The notes beneath the pieces were generated by a model. That model was not told where the DNA came from. It was given only the letters and a program-made list of their open reading frames with translations, and did no database searches. DNA of 64,000 nt from contig NC_092680.1 in assembly GCF_964355755.1 (NCBI RefSeq), positions 13,029,045-13,093,044 on the forward strand, read 5' to 3'. This document shows positions 58,801 through 64,000 of the stretch, one piece after another. Every line of letters starts with the position of its first letter. Within the stretch, counting starts at the first letter, position 1. This DNA is from Antedon mediterranea. Taxonomy: Eukaryota; Animalia; Echinodermata. Both the position numbers and the translations under genes were made by a program.

Positions 58801-61800
58801 CTGACAGTTGCTTCTCAACGTTTGTATTAATTAATAATTTAAAAATATATAAACGTACGTAGTGGTACGTGTATCGTTACATGTACTTTACTATTTCAAT
58901 AGACTATGACAGTGAGAGTTTTAACAAAGTATTAAATCGTAAATGTTTTACTGTATTTAGTGGTATATTATTTATAGGCCTATAAAACATTAAAAACAAT
59001 ATTTCGTTACTGAGTGGATAAGAATATATTTTAAAATGTTTCCTCTTTGTACCTATCTTCTTCCCCCATCCCTCAACCCTTAATGTTACATACAAAACAC
59101 AAATTGGGTTTGTTTAAATGAGTCCAAATAAAAAAATTTGACTCATTTTGTTTCTCTCTCGGAAGTAATTCCCAGGGTGCTAATTTTAGCTGACTACATA
59201 AATCATCGTGTATATTTATTCGTTTCTGTAAACGACAATGTATTATAGTCCTGCAGTACGTACATTTGAAATCTCCATTTTTTTCTCGCTGGAAAATACT
59301 GTGTATTCGAGAACCATCTGTGGGCACGACCTAGATGGTACGCGAGCGAAGCGAGCGTGCCATCTAGTTGTATTAACTATTCTTGTAACATTGTTAACTG
59401 TATTAACTATTTTTGTAACATTGTTACACCAGGGAGTTAAGGGTATGTTCAGACTAGCGGAGTTACGGTGGAGTTATGTACGCGGCGTACATATTTTTGT
59501 GTCTGAACCATGCCGCGGATTAGCGTTAGGGAGCTGTTACTCCGCGCCAGTGGCGTTAATAACTCCAGCGGGAGAGGGTAGATTTCATAAGGCTAATCCA
59601 TTGATGCATCAGTGATTTCAACCGCCGGTCAACGTCAGCCAATGAAAAGACACAACCGCAATTAGCAGCAGTCTATTCGCGAGGTTTTTTTTAATAGCAA
59701 AACAATATAGCCTATTCCTCGAGCTAGCCTAGATCAACAGCAACATTCGAATTAAAATGAAACGTGTTACATGGAAAAGTACAGAAGTGGCTGGTTTGAT
59801 TTCATTATGGGGCAGCCCTGAATTTATAGACAAGATAGAAATTAGAAATTGGAAAGCTAGCGCCGGCAACAAGATTGCTGTTTTTAAAGAAATTGCATCT
59901 AAACTGCAAAATTCTTCCTGACGAAGTTGACGTCGGCGACATGATTTCACAAAATTAATTAAAATAAATAATGGCAAAGTCATTGTCCGTGTAATAATTA
60001 TGTTCGAAATTACTATCTTCTGTAAGGATTTGCAAAAAAATCGGCAAAAAAAGCATTACATTTGAAGGTAACATTGTATTATATTGCTAGGCCTAGCTAG
60101 TGTTGTAAACTTTCGCGCGTGTCACTCTCAGCTCTGTTGTTGTTATTGTGTGTATGTATCCCATCGGCCGTTACGGTATGACGGAACTTCCGCTTTAAAC
60201 GCAAGACGTTTGGAATGCTAATCGTTGTGTCTGAACACCTTGACTTTTAACGCCACGGATTACCGTACGCCTTGCGTAGATAACTCCACCGTAACTCTGT
60301 GAGTCTGAACATACCCTAACTCCCTGGTTACACTGTATTAACTATTTTTGTAACATTGTTAACTGTATTAACTATTTTTGTAACATTGTTACACTGTATT
60401 AACTATTCTTGTAACATTTTTAACTGTATTAACTATTTTTGTAACATTGTTAACTGTATTAACTATTTTTGTAACATTGTTACACTGTATTAACTATTCT
60501 TGTAACATTGGCCCTGTTTCTGCTGCCAACTAAATACCGTATATTATACGGTATTTTTTGAATACCGTATATATACGGTATATTTTTGGCAGCAGAAACT
60601 GCGCTCATAAAAAATATACCGTATTTTGTATACCGTATTTTCCCCACAAAATTTGTGGATAAAATACGGTATTTACAAATTTATACCGTATTTTTTGTAC
60701 CCGTTTCTGCTGCCAATAAAAAATACCGTATTTTTTTTTTACATGACAAAAGGTCAACATTCGTGTTTTTATTTTCTGTCGCTGTCAGCTGTTTTACACA
60801 CGTGTATATATATATTCGGCGAAAATGTGGAGCGAAGACGTCACAGTTTTACTAAATAAATTTGTGTGGGGAAGCTAAAATGTCTGGCCAACTAAAAGGT
60901 AATAAAAGGGACAACCACATTTATAAAGACATTTCTAAAATAAAAAAGCAGGAGTATGGAATAGACTTGTCTCCAAAGCAAGTAAACTCAAAGCTGAAGA
61001 GCCTGCGAAAGCAGTACAACATTGCAAAATACAATAACTCGGGGAGGGAACGAATTAATTGTCCCCATTACGATGTTTCTGTGCTCTCACAACATCTCTA
61101 TCACTAGGGCTAGGCTGTTGAAAGTGAGACGTAAAACTTCCTTTATTGCGACTTTTAATTATCGATCAAATAAATGAATGGCAATTTGGGTAAAAAAGAT
61201 GAAATTTAACACGACCACCCAAGAAGTATTGTTAGCAGAAACGGGGTACTAAAAAATACGGTATAAAAAATACCGTATTTTATACCGTATTTTTATACCG
61301 TATTTTGAGCAGTTGCAGCAGAAACAGGCCCATTGTTACATTGTATTAACTATTCTTGTAACATTGTTAACTGTATTAACTATTCTTGTAACATTGTTAC
61401 ATTGTATTAACTATTCTTGTAACATTGTTACACTGTATCAACTATTCTTGTAAACATTGTTACACTGTATTAACTATTCTAACATTGTTACACTGTATTA
61501 ACTATTCTTGTAACATTGTTACACTGTATTAACTATTCTTGTAACATTGTTACACTGTATTAACTATTTTTGTAACATTGTTACACTGTATTAACTATTC
61601 TTGTGACATTTTTACACTTTAGTAACTATTCTTGTAACATTTTGATTTTCAGGGTATTGCATTGATAGATCGTACAAGTTTTCCTGAGGTGATTTATCGA
61701 TACCATGTTGATGATTTACCTGAAGATGAAAAAGAAAGGTACATTTGAATTTTAATTTAAATTATAATTTGCTTTGATTTGTTAAATATTATTATTAAAG

Positions 61801-62672
61801 CTCAGGTACAGGCATGAATTTTAAATATAATATTTGGTTAATTGTACATAAATCAAATATTTGTAACAGAAATCGAGACGAAAAAACATGAATTTCCCTT
61901 AATATGGTCAAATACAAAATTTTGCAAAATTCTTCCATAAAAAACAGAAAGACTTTTTTTCAGTAGTTAGGTAGTTAACCTAATGTAATATTATGTCTGG
62001 TGACTCCCTAGACGGTGAAAAAAGATGGTGGATATACAGTGGATAATTTTTGCTATAGCATGAAAATAAAAAGCTGAAGTTGAATAAAAATATCAGAAAT
62101 GTAATATTCAAGTTATATTACCTATATTTAGTCATCTGATAACATTTTTTACCACACCGTTTATTTTTCATAGCTTTTTAAAATGCCTCTCTATTTACAA
62201 AATTTGTGTACAAAAGAATAGAGATTTTACTGTGTAATTTGAACTATCTGATAAGAAAGTGCTTATTTTCAACAAGCTTGTGTAACACAAATAAAATCCC
62301 AAAAATTATGAAACATAGGGGAAACTATAGATAGATAATTATTGGAATGTATGATCAATAGAAATTTTTTGCCCGCACCTGGCCTTTAAAGCTCAGTCAA
62401 CCAAGATTAAAATATGCAAGGGCACCCCGAAAGTGAACAACTCATTGACAAGATTTATAATAACTGCAAAATTTAAAAAATGGTGCTGCCTGCAATAACC
62501 TCTTATAGAGGTCCAAATGGTTCCAAATTTTTTCTAGAAAATATCAGACATATTAGGCCAGCCCAAGGTGTTCGGTATTATATAAATAATTTTTTAATAT
62601 TTGTTATAGATTCAATGAACTTTTCAAGACAAAAGAAAAATGGACACTGGAAGAAATTAAACCATATATTGA
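46869..62672 (+). CDS. DSCC1: Sister chromatid cohesion protein DCC1 (Ctf18-RFC subunit); last exon beyond the window
   Basis: Phase-compatible exons 46869-46885, 50460-50624, 50870-51032, 51953-52178, 52463-52601, 53345-53409, 55626-55702, 57569-57646, 61653-61738 and 62610-62672. Motifs RTLEEV, LIIRGEKTDHAVLCTDNKTYDLKLAETTNALL, VQASEQE, GYWRLL, WQQCVPEGM, DLPEDEKERFNELFKTKEKWTLEEIKPYI. Confidence 0.95.
47367..47415 (-). ncRNA. Type I hammerhead ribozyme, inverted copy
   Basis: Reverse complement of 49986-50034. Confidence 0.88.
48137..49900 (+). CDS. Penelope-like RT + GIY-YIG endonuclease ORF (5'-truncated; first start codon 48269)
   Basis: FDIVEFYPSI, MGSYDGAE, GLYRDDGL, FLDVTL; CNCR...CPL..NCL; SVIYQA...TYIGLT...FKTRYRNH; CNLCLKEK...LNKRNE...CRH. 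Confidence 0.93.
   Translation, partial: TNFYKLDPPTYNNLLEENITKSYKKAEPALVQTIHRKNKSIATKLNIADRVDTTANKDAFITLKDHKPNFTNKPNCRLINPTKSEIGKISKTILDRINSKIISKLRTNQWKNTSSVIEWFKSIDKKQQHNFICFDIVEFYPSISNDLLNKALDFAKRYDDITNDERDIIVHTKKSVLSHKQQPWQKKGPTAFDVTMGSYDGAETCELVGSFLLHQLQQKLGINIGLYRDDGLAVTDTTPKSTENIKKDICQIFKDNGLRITIEANKQVINFLDVTLNLAKNTYQPYTKPNATLQYIHQQSNHPPTILKNIPAGINRRLSSLSSDKNSFDQAPTVYQKTLNDSGYQYTLKYEPVTQTRRKNRQRKDILWYNPPFSKNVSTNIGQKFLSLVDKHFPKDNKLRKIFNRNTIKISYSCMKNMKQIIDSHNKRILNQPETTSVENTQENKTCNCRQKNTCPLSGNCLQSSVIYQATVTRKDKSTSETYIGLTENDFKTRYRNHTSSFRNSRFRNSTELSKHIWTLKDNNTDYTISWRILTSTKAYSSANKKCNLCLKEKLFIIRHPELSTLNKRNELVSACRHRKKALLRNS
49986..50034 (+). ncRNA. Type I hammerhead ribozyme in the Penelope pLTR
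   Basis: Stem I GTCTC/GAGAC, core CTGATGA, stem II GTGAGT/ACTCAC, GAAA, short stem III ACA/TGT, GTA cleavage triplet at 50027-50029. Confidence 0.88.
51517..51820. repeat. Imperfect (CAT)n microsatellite in a DSCC1 intron
   Basis: CAT/GAT trinucleotide run. Confidence 0.95.
54277..55382. mobile_element. Non-autonomous MULE/Phantom-like element with subterminal 15-16-bp arrays
   Basis: CAAGTCAACTCGGCCT arrays on the left, inverse GGCCGAGTTGACTTG arrays on the right; direct repeat GTTTCTCC at 54269-76 and 55383-90. Confidence 0.78.
56360..56575 (-). mobile_element. Short 3' LINE fragment
   Basis: Minus-strand peptide TIPEWNALPDS...FKTQL, typical of LINE ORF2 C-termini. Confidence 0.55.
56576..57035 (+). 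mobile_element. 3' fragment of an L2-clade LINE
   Basis: LQKVQNWAARLV...HVTPLFKELHWLP...FSVAGPRLWNHLP...FKSLLKTHLF*; 3' stem GCCAT...ATGGC and (ATTG)n tail. Confidence 0.88.
57408..57479 (-). pseudogene. tRNA-Asp(ATC)-like cloverleaf inside a (TA)n-flanked repeat
   Basis: GCCTGAG TG GTCT AATGGTTA GGAC A TCTGC ATATCAA GCAGG CGGT CCGAG TTCGAGT CTCGG TTGGGGC G, followed by ACTTTTT. Has one acceptor mismatch and A32, so it is probably repeat-borne rather than a functional tRNA. Confidence 0.55.
58191..59367 (+). mobile_element. Non-autonomous Helitron, copy 2
   Basis: A|TC 5' end, 3' hairpin plus CTAG|T, no TSD; removing it restores the minisatellite unit. Same family as 4759-6316. Confidence 0.9.
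59441..60316. mobile_element. Non-autonomous PIF/Harbinger element with a Myb/SANT remnant
   Basis: TIR GGGTATGTTCAGACT / AGTCTGAACATACCC, TSD TAA. Plus-strand remnant MKRVTWKSTEVAGLISLWGSPEF...VFKEIASKL (~59757-59920). Confidence 0.88.
60510..61331. mobile_element. Non-autonomous PIF/Harbinger element with a trihelix Myb/SANT remnant
   Basis: TIR GGCCCTGTTTCTGCTGC / GCAGCAGAAACAGGCCC, 3-bp TSD ATT, ATACCGTAT subterminal arrays. Remnant NHIYKDIS...SPKQVNSKLKSLRKQY...NNSGRERINCPHYD (60862-61075). Confidence 0.88.
61799..62385. mobile_element. Degenerate TTAA-flanked TIR element (Kolobok-like)
   Basis: TTAA|AGCTCAGGTACAGGCA ... TGCCCGCACCTGGCCT|TTAA, imperfect TIRs. Confidence 0.5.
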
Positions 62673-62849
62673 GTAAGTATTGAACGTTTTAAATGTTTAC
62701 AAGATGGGAATACATTAAACACAAATTCACCCGCTTGTTTTTGACGGGCACGTCCATTATACTATAAGAGACAGTCTCCACCCCTTTGACTTTTTCTTAA
62801 AATTTTTACAGTTGTTAATAATTGTTAGTCAACTTAAACTATTGTTAGT

Positions 62850-62960
62850 TGGGGTGTGTAGAAAGCGACGACCTCGAATTGGACGACCCCAACGACCCGG
62901 GCGACCTCGAATTGAACGACCTCGAATTGAACGACCCATAACACGAAACCGACGACCCCT
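62850..62960. mobile_element. Left terminus of a probable MULE-like element with subterminal repeats
   Basis: GGGGTGTGTAG start followed by repeated ACGACCTCGAATTG / ACGACCC units. The partner end is not seen in the window. Confidence 0.45.
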
Positions 62961-64000
62961 ATAGCCTAGCCTAGCCTAGGCCTAAGTGTGGTATAACATC
63001 CCGAAGCCGAACATAGCCAAAGATCTTTAAACTATACCTTATTATATAATACTCGCAAGCAAGCAATTGATTGAAAAAATACAGAAATATCGCCATTTGA
63101 TACTGATTGTGTCGACACGAACAAACGAAAAGATATGGAACGCCAAGAGTGCATCATTAAAACTGCATTCGACATATTAAAAATAAATTAAAAAGAAATA
63201 AATATTATACAATACATGGTTTAACCATGGACGTATAATTACATCTCGTCTTCTTATAACGAACACTATAGGCCTACCAAGCAGCGTAACATGTGCGTCT
63301 TTTACGACATTTCGCGTAGTGATAGAGTGGTGTCCTAGTAGGTCCTACATAAGTTCATGGTCTTTAGGTTTATTGTGTCATGAAAATAAATAATAATTAC
63401 ATACTACAATTTTGTTGGTTTGAAACAGCAAAGGAAAGTAGTCATATTTAATAATTTAATTGTTTTTAATCTTTCAAGGTAAAAATGCAGTGCACTCCAT
63501 AATATTTTTCTCGCGTGTATGCCTACCACGTAAAATCACGTTGTCTCTCAGGACTAATAGAGTATTGATATTCTTCGAATGAGGTTAAATAATTATTATT
63601 TTTTATTTACTATCTTTTAATATCATATTTTATTGAATTTTACAATGATAATACACAAAATATTTTACTAAAAAACGGTGATTTTATGCAATTATTTTAC
63701 TTCAACTGCTGCCTGAGGGGGCAACATGTTTACGTCATTTTTGGCTAAAAACGATCATTTTCGGTCATGTTTTAGACCTTATATTTTGGAATCTACAAGT
63801 CAGATATTCATAATTATTTCTCTTTAATTATAATATTTAATAATATATACTAAAAACCGTGATATATAAACTTTGGAATATACATCGTTATATCTAATAA
63901 TTAATATAAATAGAACTTCTATTAAATAGAAACGAGCACCGGCGAAAGTAAGCATTTGGCGTTTCATAGAAAATAACGTTTTTCTGGCGGCGCCTCAACT

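Larger units (their letters stand above)
57688..61641. repeat. 31-bp palindrome-containing minisatellite in DSCC1 intron 8, interrupted by insertions
   Basis: Unit CTTGTAACATTGTTACACTGTATTAACTATT in segments 57688-58190, 59368-59429, 60327-60509 and 61332-61641. Confidence 0.96.

Overview
AT-rich, intron-rich animal genomic DNA, most consistent with a marine invertebrate deuterostome such as an echinoderm (inferred from the gene and repeat families). Three host genes were assembled by hand from GT-AG exons. (1) A 12-exon, ~839-aa type I membrane receptor on the minus strand (19141-43900): signal peptide-SRCR-WSC-CUB-Thr-rich stalk-unknown domain-CCP-TM-acidic tail with NPxY. (2) CENPW (45571-46488, -). 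(3) DSCC1/Dcc1 (46869->62672, +, last exon beyond the window), head-to-head with CENPW. The rest is mostly mobile DNA and tandem repeats: a BEL/Pao 5' end, a very young full-length Gypsy element, an L2/CR1 LINE, a Penelope-like element with an ~0.8-kb inverted arm and two hammerhead ribozymes, two Helitron copies, many non-autonomous TIR elements, a DeuSINE, a 157-bp satellite with a 6-7-mer higher-order pattern, and 30/31/41-bp minisatellites. The oddest item is the Gypsy element. Its primer-binding site is a 40-nt antisense copy of tRNA-Ala (positions 37-76) that also forms the first codons of the gag frame, and its RT active site reads HHDD instead of YxDD. All calls come from reading the sequence by eye; no database searches were run.
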